Positions 40,012-51,800 of a DNA stretch of 64,000 nucleotides are shown in pieces. Within the stretch, counting starts at the first letter, position 1. The number at the start of each line of letters is the position of its first letter. The stretch is taken from positions 144,276,001-144,340,000 of the forward strand of contig NC_086097.1 in assembly GCF_963921235.1 (NCBI RefSeq). The letters are read 5' to 3'. Source of the stretch: Mobula hypostoma. Lineage: Eukaryota. The notes under the pieces are model-generated. The model saw nothing but the letters and a program-made list of their open reading frames with translations. It was not told the DNA's origin and ran no database searches. A program made the translations under genes and the position numbers.

Positions 40012-40608
40012 AGGTTGTCATAGCCAGGGTGGTAGGGGGGATAAGCTTCCACTACCTAAAAAGTGCTCCAAAAGGCGTGAGTCTAACAGTCTCTGACAAC
40101 CAAGTCCAGCTCTTGGCCTTCAGGTGTGGCTTAGCTACTAGACCCAACGGAACTGTTTCTACTGATAAGAGATGGGGCAAAGGCGGACCACTGGCACCTC
40201 AAAACCAGTTGCCTTGGGCAGGTTTGGCTCGTCAGCCTTGGATGGCAGCCCGCCTAGGAGAAGGAAAACTCTGATTTTAAACCTCCGCTGCCTTGCGGCC
40301 ATACTCTCCCATGGGAAAGGCTTCGGGAGTAAGCTATGAGGAAGAAATCTGGAGCCAGGGTCCCTAAGGCAGATCGATCATGTTTACAACTTCACTCTGG
40401 CAACTTCTGTGACGACACTGGTGCCAAGCTGTATTAGCGCTTGCCCTTCCCTTCGACTACATCAGTGACGTGGAGAGGGGGAGCCCGCTGCATAGGCAAT
40501 AGCCGATTCTTCAAATCTTCCCTCCCAGGCATGTGCCCTGGAAAGGACATAGTCCACCAGAGGCGCAAAGCCATAATGCCCCGGGATCGACAGCTGCCTG
40601 CCACTACT
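40012..40608 (+). mobile_element. Non-coding RTE-like non-autonomous element (5'-UTR-derived)
   Basis: GC-rich block with ctcgtcagccttggatggcagcccgcctaggagaaggaaaactctga, typical of RTE 5' UTRs (from recall). Its 3' part is shared with SINE family B. Short CTA tail. Confidence 0.6.
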
Positions 40609-41624
40609 GTTGTCTGTGAGATTTCATTTTGCTTGATTAACTTCTCAGTGATATCAGAGCTGCTACTTGTCTGTCTGCTTTTGAACTGACACCTCATTGA
40701 TAATGGAAATGTGGCCACAATGATGCCATATTTTGTGGAACACACACAAAAAATGCTGGTGGAACGCAGCAGGCCAGGCAGCATCTATAGGAAGAGGTAC
40801 AGTTGACGTTTTGGGCCGAGACCCTTCGTCAGGACAGATATTTTGTGGGCAGTTTTCTTTGAAGCCAACTATGAATGCATAGATTTGCTGCAGACAAGAA
40901 TGTCTAAGCCATTAAATGGAAATATTTTTGCTACACTATGGATCTCATGTCTCCAGATGTTCAAACATCATAGGAATTATTACCTATGTAGTGGGATAGC
41001 CACTTGCTTTAACAGTATGTTTGGCTTGAAATGTATGCAGAGCATGCTCCCACATGTACCATTTCTTGTCTGTAATTGCTTGTATTGCAGATGTACACGG
41101 CATAATTTTCACATCAAAAATTATCATAATCCCATCTTCATAATTTTAAACAACATGCTATTCCACAAGCTTCATTTTTCTAGAGAGCATCAACAGCTAG
41201 TTCAGTCTTCTTAATCAGAATATCTCATTTCCGTAGCAACAGGCGAATCAAACATAGATTATGCAACTGTTTAATAAATCTGATAGTTTATTCCTTTAAG
41301 TTTATTTGGATCGAAATCACAATCTCTCCAAGATGGAAAGAATCGTCCTGACATTATGGACTCCTAACCAAACTCACATTCAATATTCATGAAGCATTGC
41401 TTCCTACCATTGGTTATCCACTTGAGAAAATGGCCAATAATACATGGCCAGTTTGGACTACCCCACCCTACCCTATCTAATTACCAAAATGGCTAAGTTT
41501 CAAGCAGAAAACCTAAAACTATATAGGCTTTCAGATAATCTGTATAGGCAATAAACCTAATCTTTCTTGCTTTCTTTATGCATTAAGCACAACACCTTTT
41601 TCAGCAAAATGCTTCTGCTCTATC

Positions 41625-41803
41625 CCCCTCCCCCTCCCACTTTCAAATCTCTTACTAACTCTTCCTTCAGTTAGTCCTGACGAAGGGTCTCGGCCTGAAA
41701 CGTCGACTGTACCTCTTCCTAGAGATGCTGCCTGGCCTGCTGCATTCACCAGCAACTTTGATGTGTGTTGCTTGAATCTCCAGCATCTACAGAATTCCTG
41801 TTG
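41625..41803 (+). mobile_element. Penelope-type repeat with an intact hammerhead
   Basis: Pyrimidine tract, hammerhead, then gatgctgcctggcctgctgcattcaccagc...ccagcatctacag. Inverted relative to the copy at 40741-40835. Confidence 0.7.
41673..41708 (+). ncRNA. Minimal type I hammerhead ribozyme (intact core), antisense to wnt3a
   Basis: AGTC-CTGACGA-AGGGTCTCGGCCT-GAAA-CGTC-GACT; predicted cleavage between 41704 and 41705. Confidence 0.75.
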
Positions 41804-42308
41804 TCCGCTCTATGCCTCACAACTTTCACAGGGTTTCTGACACATTAATCTCTTGGTATCTGACATATGTTCTTGTTTTATCTTAGTCCCCTTGAATCTT
41901 GTTATCCAGGGGATTCTAGTAGTATACCTCAGTAACATGCAGAATATCAGAATTAAAATAGGCTAGAAAGATACAAATATTTGAAAATGACAGCTGCAAG
42001 AAAACACTAAATTACAATATATCAATTCTAAGCTACGTACGTAATAGTATACCAATTACCTTAGTAGACAAAAAAGGCTAGCAAATACTGATACAGATAG
42101 TTGTGCTGTGACTCGTGTTTCCATAATATGATTTGTTTACAACACAGTTAATGGATTAGTGAACACAATTTACATTACATGGGTCGCAATGTTTATAGTA
42201 CAATTAGGATCAGGAAAATCTGTTTAAATCTGAGCTTTAAAGGCAACTATAGTCTGTTCTGCTATAGTGCAATTTTCTATAATGTATGGATTCTTAGGAA
42301 TACAACTA

Positions 42309-43132
42309 CAATAGATTCCAGTTAATTGGGACACTGGGACCAGTACATTTTGGCCCAATTAAACGGCTGTCCCAATTAGATAAAAAGATAGATAAAAAGT
42401 TATAAAAAAGGCAAAGTACTGTTTAACTGAGTGAAAGATTATCCATTTAAATGGATACAGAACAAATTAAAACACTATCAATACTACTATAATGCAATAC
42501 AGTAAAACTGTGTATTAGTTCTTAAAAATTATCAGTGGAGTAATTCATCCAGCGTACACTGCTGTGTTTTTTTGATTGACTGTAAGTGAACAAAAACAGT
42601 GCAGACACCTAGTACAGATGATGGACTGCCTTCATACAATGCTTTTGACGATTACATCCTCCAGATCTTCATTTTCATTGTAATATTCAAGATGATTTTT
42701 GATTCCCTGAAATTCTTCACAGAACCTAACTTGTTGAAGTAGTGAAATCATTTCATTTTCACTCCTGGCCGTCTGTGGCATCTCCAACCATGAATGCTTA
42801 AAACCGCAGTGAGCAAAATAGTTCTCAATTGTCTTACTACTTATTTCTTGCTAACTGTTACTGACAAACATGACTGCTTTTTAAACAGAAACATGCAACT
42901 GATGCTATTTAAAACTGTTTCTTCTAAGCAGGGTATAGTGTCCAACGGTCACACAAGTGACACGAGTCAGAAACTCTTCGGCAACAGTCTGCTGTCCCAA
43001 TTAGGCAGCATGGCATCCCAAATAAATTAAAGGAATACTGGCTACTTTTTAAATTAGTTGTCATTCCTTAAGAGTTGTCCCAAATAAGCAGCTGCCCAAT
43101 TAACCACTGGCCCAATTAACCAAAATCCTGTG
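42309..43132 (-). mobile_element. Tigger/pogo-like non-autonomous DNA transposon
   Basis: TA|caatagattccagttaattggg versus cccaattaaccaaaatcctgtg|TA. Repeated subterminal cccaatta motifs. Minus-strand remnant QEISSKTIENYFAHCGFK at about 42795-42850. Confidence 0.75.
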
Positions 43133-43414
43133 TATTACATTATAGCAAAACTACTTGTATTCAAATTTATGAAAACATGTTTAAAATGATTGTTTGCCAG
43201 CACTGTTTACAAGGAACATATAAATATTAAAGTGTACTTGTATAAGCAGAAATATTTAAATAGACAAATATATAAATGTGGCTGCAACATTTTTCTATGT
43301 TAAATTATAACATCTGCAAGGTTTCCATGATTTTGCCATCCTTTCTTATTATATCATGTAACACTAACAAAAGCATGACCATCACTGTGACAACTTTGCA
43401 CCATTAGTGATAAA

Positions 43415-44765
43415 CAGAGAGTAAGAGGTGGAAAATTTCTTAAATACATTTATTTCAATGCTAGGAGCATTAGAAAGGTGGATGAGCTTAAAGCATGGAT
43501 TGATACCTGGAAGCATGATGTGGTAGCTATTAGTGAAACATGGTTACAGGAGGGGTGTGATTGGCAACTAGATATTCCTGGATTTAATTGCTTCAGGTGT
43601 GATAGAATCGGAGGGACAAGAGGGGGAGGTGTTGCATTGCTTGTCAGAGAAAATATTACAGCGGTGCTCTGGTAGGATAGATTAGAGGGCTCATCCAGGG
43701 AGGCTATTTGGGTGGAATTGAGGAATGGGAAAGGTGTATTAACACTTATGGGGGTGTATTATAGACCACCAAATGGGGAGCGAGAATTGGAGGAGCAAAT
43801 TTGTAAGGAGATAGCAGATATTCGTAGTAAGCACAAGGTTATGATTGTGGGAGATTTTAATTTTCCACACATAGACTGGGAAGCCCATACTGTAAAAGGG
43901 CTGGATGGTTTGGAGTTTGTAAAATGTGTGCAGGATAGTTTTTTGCGGCAATACATGGAGGTACCAACTAGAGAAGGGGCAGTGTTGGATCTCCTGTTAG
44001 GGAATGAGATAGGTCAGGTGATGAAGGTTTGTGTTGGGGAGTACCTTGGGTCCAGTGATCACAATGCCATTAGTTTCAATATAATTATGGAGAAGGATAG
44101 GTCTGGACCCAGGGTTGAGATTTTTTGATTGGAGAAAGGCTAACTTTGAGGAGATGTGGAAGGATATAGAAGGAGTGGATTGGGACAATTTGTTTTATTG
44201 GAAAAATATAATAAGAAATGAAGGTCATTTAAAGGTGAAATTTTGAGGGTACAGAATCTTTATGTTCCTGTTAGGTTGAAAGGAAAGGTTAAAAGTTTGA
44301 GAGAGCCATGGTTTTCAAGGGATATTGGAAACTTGGTTTGGAAAAAGAGAGCTATCTACAATAAATATAGGCAGCACGGAGTAAATGAGGTGCTCGAGGA
44401 ATATGAAGAATGTAAAAAGAATCTTAAGAAAGAAATTAGAAAAGCTAAAAGAAGATATGAGGTTGCTTTGGCAAGTAAGGTGAAAATAAATCCCAAGGGT
44501 TTCTACAGTTATATTAATAGCAAAAGGATAGTGAGGGATAAAATTGGACCCTTAGAGAATCAGAGTGGACAGCTATGTGTGGAGCCAAAAGAGATGGGGG
44601 AGATTCTGAACCATTTCTTTTCTTCAGTATTCACTAAGGAGAGGAATATTGAATTGTGTAAGATAAGGGAAACAGGTAGGGAAGTTATGGAATCTATGAT
44701 GATTAAAGAAGAGGAAGTACTGGTGCTTTTAAGGAATATAAAAGTGGATAAGTCTCCGGGTCCTG
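43415..44765 (+). mobile_element. CR1 ORF2 5' part (APE endonuclease and linker), lacking the RT core and 3' end
   Basis: YFNARSI, AISETWL, YYRPP, GDFN, LDLLL and SDH motifs; homology ends at DKSPGP (~44765). Confidence 0.9.
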
Positions 44766-44799
44766 AGAGAAACACAACAGAATCAATGAAAGCACACAC

Positions 44800-45380
44800 A
44801 CAAGAAACACAAACAACCAATGCACAAATGCCAACAAAGTGTGAAAATACAAAAAAGTGAAAAAAGTGATAATAGTAAATAAATAAACAATATCAAGAAC
44901 ACGAGCTGTAGAGTCCTTAAAAGTGAATCCACGGGGTGTCCACAGGTTTTGGAATCAGGTCAGTGTTGGTGTGAGTATAATTATCCCCTTTCATTCAAGA
45001 GCCTAATAGTTAAGGGGTAATAATGGTTTCTGAACCTGATGATGTGGGACATAAGGTTCCTATATTTCCTTCCTGATGAGAGAAGAGACAAGAGAATATG
45101 GCGTAAGTGGTGGGGGCCCTTGGTAATGGAGGCTATTTTCCTTATAAGTGTGCTGAATGGTGGGGAGGTACTTTACCCGAGATGGACTGGGCTGCAATCT
45201 TTACTTTTTATAGACTTTTCCATTCAAATCTATTGGTGTTTCCATACCAGGCCTTGATGCAACCAATCAGTATACTCTCCACTGTGCATCTATAAAAGTT
45301 TGTCAAATTTTTAGGTGGCATGTCAATTCTGCACAATCTTCTAAGACAGTAGAGGCGTTGCTGTGTCTTCTTTTTAATGG
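44800..45380 (-). mobile_element. Rex1/Babar-like LINE fragment
   Basis: ORF 45208-45429 QQRLYCLRRL...NFYRCTVESILIGCIKAWYGN. Confidence 0.75.
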
Positions 45381-45534
45381 CACTTAGATTACATTTCTCC
45401 CACATGCTGATGTTTGGTCTGAACAACAACTGATGATGTTTGCATTATCTTATGCATTGAGCTGTTGCCACATGATTGGCTGATTAGAGAAGGAGCAGGT
45501 GTATTGGTGTAGCTAATAAAGTGGCCTCTGAGTG
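45381..45534 (-). mobile_element. Terminal fragment of a Tc1-like element (same family as 23790-24037)
   Basis: Ends gtgtagctaataaagtggcctctgagtg|TA, the reverse of the cactcagtggccactttattag-type TIR. Confidence 0.6.
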
Positions 45535-48034
45535 TACATTATGAGGAATTGTTCACCGAACCATATAGCAGCATTATTTACATTCTTCCAGTTGGTAAAA
45601 TCACAGAATGATCAGCATTGAAATTGGTGAGTGATCCGTTGTACCTGTGCCAATTTGTTGAAAGTGCTATCCGATTAGTCCCATTTTCTCATCCCCTTAC
45701 ATTGCTTTACACAAATCTTACTCTCAAATAGTGATCCAATTTTCCTTTTAAACATATTAATCAATGTTCAAAGTTCAAAATAAATTTATTATTGAAGTAC
45801 ATGTACTGCACATCACCATATACAACTCATTTTCTTGTGAGCATACTCAATAAATCCAATATAGAATAATAACCAGAATAACCAATGACTTTTGCTAATA
45901 ATACCATCATTGTGTCCTTTCTAAGAAACACTTCAGTGAAATGAAAACTGGAAAGCAGTCACATGAAAAAGTTTACAGCAGAAAAGCTACCAAAATTGCA
46001 TCTGTTTGTGAGAAATGTTATAGCTATACTTAGAATAACTATTTGCTGTGGTTTACTTGTCGAAAATAAAATCAGTTTCACTTTTTGCAGATCAAAGCTT
46101 ATTATCATTGTAGAAAAAAAGATTGATATCATTTGGTTATTCATTCCATTACATCACTTCCTTTGTGTAAATTTGTTCATAGTTCAAAGTAAATTTATTA
46201 TCAAAGTACATATATATCACCATATACAACCCGGAGATTCTTTATCTGGCAGGCATGCACAGTAAATCTAGGAAGCACAAAAGAGTCAATGAAAGACCCC
46301 ACCCAACAGGACAAACAAAAAAAAACAAAGTACAAAAGGCAACAAATTGTGCAAATACAAAAGGAAAAAAATAGATATATACATAAGAAATAATGGAAGT
46401 TGATTCACTACCCTTTCAGCAATTCATTCCAGATAACAACTTACTGTGTAAAAGAATGAAAACCTGTCATCCTTCCTGCAGCTCAAATGCCTGCAGCATC
46501 TTGCTCTATTTTTTCATTCAACTTTTCACTCTTTTAATAGTGTTTATCTTAACTCTTATTGAAAATCTATATAAAACAAACATTGAATGACCTTAAGTAA
46601 ATAATTTGTCATTTGATTACTTTGTTGGTTGACATAATTTGGCTTTCTGAATCCATTGACTGTTGAAGTAGACTCATACATTCCTAAGTTAATTGTAGTG
46701 CATTCTGTGGATTCTTGATATTCACTGTAAACTGACATCAAGTTGACTAAGGGTTACATTGTCCACTTAATGAAACATTGGAGACCCCAACCATCTTTAC
46801 TGATAACTGGAAAGACCACAATTGGTCCTTTTTTAATGGATAAAACTTAATCTGGAAAACTTGTATGTTATCAGTAGTTTTCAATATCATAGGGCTTGAG
46901 AAGAACTTAATAAATTCTTTGTTGATTTCTGTCGTGAAGATCTTCAGCACTGTAGTTTGAATTTTGTCATGATTCCTGTTCTTCACATCATGTAATGTTA
47001 GCCAATTTTAATAATTACTATCACGTGGAATCGAAAGGACCTTGGGAGAAGTAGGATAGTCATCTTGGTGCATTTCACTAAAATTGTTTTTATACGCATT
47101 ATTTTTACCTTTTACACCTGTGTTGGATATTATGAGGAAGATTCTGATTGGGCAAATAAGAAAAGACCATCTTATGAGTCTGTATTAAAGATAAACAAAT
47201 TTTAATTGTAACTAAGAGGTTAAGAAGAAGAACTTAGGAACAATACCTGGATGAAGAAAGTCATTGGTCAACATAATGCTCTGCAAGGAATAGCTGTGCA
47301 GAAACTATTAAATCTTTTATGGGAAAACTGGACACATAGAAGCCATGGAGCAATGCAAAATAGAGTATTATGATTAGGATTCATTAGTCTAATTGGCCAT
47401 TCTTTGCCATAATTTTCTCTTCAGTTAATGTTGAAAGATTAAAATCGTTTATTCAAATAATAGACCAATATCAAAGAGCAAGGAAAAACACACAATTTTA
47501 TTTGAATACGCAAATGGGAGGAAATCTGCAGATGCTGGAAATTCAAGCAACACACACAAAAGATGCTGGTGAACGCAGCAGGCCAGGCAGAATCTATAGG
47601 AAGAGGTACAGTCGACGTTTTGGGCCGAGATGCTTCGACAGAATTATTTATTTGAATGTTGAACTGAAGCAACAAGCCAAAGCCAAATTATTCTAACAGT
47701 ACATCAACAATAAAATTTACCGAAAATACACTAGTTTGCAAGAAGAGAATCAGTACACAACTTTTGAAAAAACCACAACAAAAATGAAAGGTACCAGAGA
47801 CAGATTTAAATTAAATTGCCCCAGTTACATGTCAATATTATAATAGGAAACAATTAGCTGACATTGAAATATAATGGAGAAAGATATCCACTCCCTTGTA
47901 GAAATCAAGATTCTGATAACTATATGCAAAACACTTCTATTTAGTTTGTAAATATGACCTTGAACTCAAGTTACTTGTTACATCAACTCTATCTTACTCC
48001 TACACTTTGTCTTTAGCCTCCTCTGTTATACCAT

Positions 48035-48339
48035 GTGTTGGCACATGGCCAAATGGTTAAGGCGTCGGTCTAGTGACCTGAAGGTCGCCAGTTCGAGCCT
48101 CAGCTGAGGCAGCGTGTTGCGTCCTTGAGCAAGGCACTTAACCACACATTGCTCTGTGACAACACCGGTGCCAAGCTGTATCAGCTCTAGTGCCCTTCCC
48201 TTGGACAACATCGGTGGTGTGGAGAGGGGAGATTTGCAGCATGGGCAGCTGCTGGTCTTCCATACAACCTTGCCCGGGCCTGAGCCTGGAAACATACCAA
48301 GGAGCAAATCCATGGTCTCACGAGACTAACGGATGCCTA
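48035..48339 (+). mobile_element. tRNA-derived CORE-like SINE, family B (RTE-like tail)
   Basis: Same head as 25413-25706 (tggccaaatggttaagg, gttcgagcc, ttgagcaaggcacttaacc). TSD tataccat at 48027-48034 and 48340-48347. Confidence 0.85.
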
Positions 48340-48999
48340 TATACCATTAAAGTCCAATAAAAGCTTAAGGAATAACATTCTATCTTCTTTCCAAGCATGG
48401 TACAGACCTCGAGCTTAGCACAGAATTCAACAATTCCAAATAACCTTTTTATTTCCTCCAGTGTTGCTGTCTGATATGCCATTTGTGGCCGTTACTGTTT
48501 TATCTCAGAGTTCCAGCACCTGCAGAGTTTTATATCTCACAATTCCTCTATTTTGTTTCCTCTGTTAACATCACTTCCCTATAGATCATCAGCAGTTAAT
48601 AAGCCTTCAGCACCAGCACTCAACTGGAACCATTGCCATAATATTATTGTCCTTTATCCTATCACAAACATTTCCTTTCTTCTTCCTTTGGTCTCCTTCC
48701 CCCACACTACAGCTTGAAAGATGTTTGATTTACAACTTCTCTATTTCTGATGCAGTGTTATTGGTCAGAAATGTTAACTCCATTTCTTCTTTCACAAATG
48801 TTGCTCGATAGGCTGTGTAATTCTTGGATTCTCTGCTTTTATTTGAAATTTCTGCCATCTGGATTTGTTTAGCTTTTCAATATTCATGCAGTGCTTTTAT
48901 GGTGAGTTCTGTGGACGACATTAATCAATCAATCATGTCCTCATCACATGATGGACCAATTATGTGCAAATGAGACACCTAATTGAGTCGTGCCGCAGA

Positions 49000-49738
49000 A
49001 ACCTCTTGCTCAATGTCAGGACAACTAAAGAGCTGATAGTTGACTTCAGGATCGGGACAAACATGCACCAATCTACACTGGATGATCAGCAGTGGAGAGA
49101 GAGTCAGCAGCTTTCATTTTTTGAGCGCTAATATATCAGATGATCTGTCCTGGGCCCAGAGGATTGATGATGTCATAAAGAAAGTGTACCAGTATTATCT
49201 TTACTTTATTAGGAGATAGAGGTTTGGTGTGTCACTGAACACCTCAACAAATTTTTCTGCTGTAGAAGGTATCCTCTCTGGTTGGATTATAGTCTGGTAT
49301 GACAATTTTTAGGAATGATAAAACTGCTGAGATTAGTGGATTCCACCCAGTATGAGGTGCTGCCTGATGAAGGCAACATCTATCATCAAAGATCACCACC
49401 ATCTGACCCGTGATACCAATGCAAAGGTACAGAGAACTGAGATTCCAGACCACTAGATTCAAGAACAGCTACCTCCTTTTAACCTTTCAGTTCTTGACCC
49501 ATCTGGCAAAACCCTAATCACTAGGGTTCAGCAACACTGTGAACACTTTGGCCTCTTTACACTGAACTGGACTTGGTTTTGTTCCAATTGCGTTTTCTTG
49601 AAAAAGAATGTGCGTAATTTATCATTAATTTATACTTATTTCTTGTGAGTGCTGCCGATCTGAATCCATACATCTGTGTTGTTGTTGCAAGGGAATCTTT
49701 CAATGCACCTGGGCAAATTAAAATAAACTCGACTTTGA
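49000..49738 (+). mobile_element. Degenerate Rex1/Babar-like LINE 3' part
   Basis: actaaagagctgatagttgacttcagg (TKELIVDFR), agattcaagaacagctac, tail aataaactcgacttt. Confidence 0.65.
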
Positions 49739-50073
49739 GGATCTGGTCATCACTGTTGTTATGGGAAATCTTTAGTGTCCTCAATATTTCTGAGGGAGAA
49801 AGAAATTTTCCAGGGTAGCTGAAAGAATGAGCAAGATAATAAAGCCATTTAGTTTGAGCAAATTGTACAATCAATGGACAGAAGAGACTGCAGATACTTC
49901 AAGTTGAAGCAACACACAAGATGAAGTCAGGAGGAAGTCAACAAGTCAGCATCTGTGGAAGGAAATAGACAGTCAACGTTTTGACTCTTCCTTTCATTTC
50001 ATAGATGCTGCTCAAAATCATTTTACCTATCAGTTTGCCAAATCTAAAAAGAACTTGTTCTAAACTTTACTAT

Positions 50074-50385
50074 GGGGTGCCAGGGTAATGTAGCAGTTAG
50101 AACAATTCTATTACAGCTCGCGGCGTTCTGCGGTTCAGAGTTCAGTTCCGCCACCGTTCTGTAAGTGGTTTTTGTACGTCGTCCTCATGCAATGTGAGTG
50201 TATCCTTGGATGCTCCACTTTCCTCCCAAAGTCCAAAGATGTACAGGATAGGTTAATTGATCATTTTAAATTATCCTTTGATTCGTTTAGGGTTAATTAG
50301 GTTTGTCAGGGGTTGCTGTGGTGGTGTGGTTCAAAGGGCAGGAAGGGCCTAAACCGCACTGTATCGCAAAAAAAATATAAATCAA
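50074..50385 (+). mobile_element. V-SINE-like element
   Basis: tRNA-like head and V-domain-like ggatgctccactttcctcccaaagtccaaaga; CR1-like tail ggaagggcct. Confidence 0.6.
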
Positions 50386-50683
50386 AAATATACATGCTCA
50401 AATTAACATGGATGAGACTGAAAGGTTTCTGAGAGGATTAGCAAAAGACTTATGAAGTAATCTCAGAAATATGTCACAATATTACAAGGGAAAATGTTGC
50501 TTGTTGTTAACCATAAACATGTTTTGTCTGCTAGTTATACTTCATGCACATCCAGGTCTGAAGCTGCACTGTTACCTAGAAATGGACTTTGAAACTTTCA
50601 TGTGGGTGCATGTTCATCCACAATGTACACTCACAATGTGCTGGAGGAACTCAGCAGGTCAGTCAGCATCAGTTGAAAAGATT

Positions 50684-50719
50684 AGTCGACGTTTCGGGCC
50701 GAAACCCTTCGTCAGGACT
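50684..50719 (-). ncRNA. Minimal type I hammerhead ribozyme (intact core), sense to wnt3a, in a Penelope-type repeat (~50628-50760)
   Basis: Minus strand AGUC-CUGACGA-A-GGGUUUCGGCCC-GAAA-CGUC-GACU. Flanks differ from the 25954 copy (different subfamily) but the core is the same. Confidence 0.75.
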
Positions 50720-51479
50720 GAAGGAAGAACTTTGGGGAGATTTTGAAGAATGCTGGTAGTGGAAGAATTTCACATTAGGAATAACAGAAGACAATGTTAA
50801 TGTATGCTCTGCATTCAGCATGGCAGTGGGCAAACAAAAATATGGCTTGTTTGTAAGCAGTTAAGTGCTGCATTAAGGTAATGCACAATCAAACAGTCTT
50901 CTTGGCCAACTGCCTCTCCCATTTATTTGCAACAACAGATAGAAGAATTCTCATTCCTAAGGCAGATGGTCCTGTGTAATCACTTTCCTCCTAACACGGT
51001 CTCCTCCTCCAGCCTTTGAGTGCTGATGAAGTAGAGGGACTTTGTAATATCTATAATAATGAGTTCACCTGCAGAACACACATTCAGCTTTTGAGGAACA
51101 GATTCTTCCTGACCACCATCAGATTTCTGAGCGGTCCGTGAACCCATAAACACCATCTCACTCTTTTGCTCTCGTGTTGCATTACTTATGTATTTTTAAT
51201 ATTTCTTATTGTAACTTAGTGTTTTTTTATGCATTGCACTGTACTGCTGCCACAAAACAACACAATTCATGACATATGTCAATAATAATAAATCTGATTC
51301 TGTTTTTAAAATATTTGTGTTTTCAGAGAACATTGATGACAGCAGTATGACTCTTTGGATTTTGTTTTATGGTTATCTAATTTATCATGATCAAATTGCT
51401 GCGAGTACTTCAAATTCCACATTAGAAGTACCAAATGTTCTGATCATCAGCTTATTCTTCTATCAGATGCTGCATTAAC

Positions 51480-51800
51480 AGTCATCACTGTTAGTGTCAC
51501 ACAGTTAAATAACTGTTGAGCTCTATGGTCAAAACTTGCTTAATCCACCCAATGCAGCCTGATCGGCAATTGTACTTTTATGAAAATTGCAGACACAGAC
51601 TCAAATATTAAGGCCGGCGCCTCTAAGGCTCTTTAATTAAATAATTTGATTGGAATTTAAATGTTACCAAATGATTGCAATGAAATAATGCCCCATGTAT
51701 ATCTTTTGTTGCCGGGCATCAATTGGTGAAGGCTGATGTGGTCTTGTTATATTTACAAACTAGCCCTTTGAAGCATTGAACACCTTTGAAGACCAGAAAA
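51480..51800. promoter_or_regulatory. Candidate wnt3a intronic enhancer
   Basis: No recognisable repeat. Two identical CCTTTGAAG TCF/LEF sites (51765-51773, 51783-51791), GGCGCC (51616-51621), TTTAATTAA (51632-51640), TTTTATGA (51576-51583). Motif evidence only. Confidence 0.4.

Noticed and set aside
40801..40835. Additional functional hammerheads at about 40801, 47610, 48745 and 60686
   Set aside because: Core boxes are mutated (GAAA>AAAA or CUGANGA disrupted), so they are counted only as decayed copies.
23790..45534. Tc1-like fragments at 23790-24037 and 45381-45534 as two halves of one 21-kb element
   Set aside because: Same orientation and roughly collinear, but the family appears abundant, no second TIR or TSD was found, and the intervening DNA is ordinary intron.
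48035..48110. tRNA genes at SINE heads (also about 25630-25706 and 53415-53487)
   Set aside because: A and B boxes are present, but they continue into SINE bodies flanked by TSDs and no intact cloverleaf is evident.
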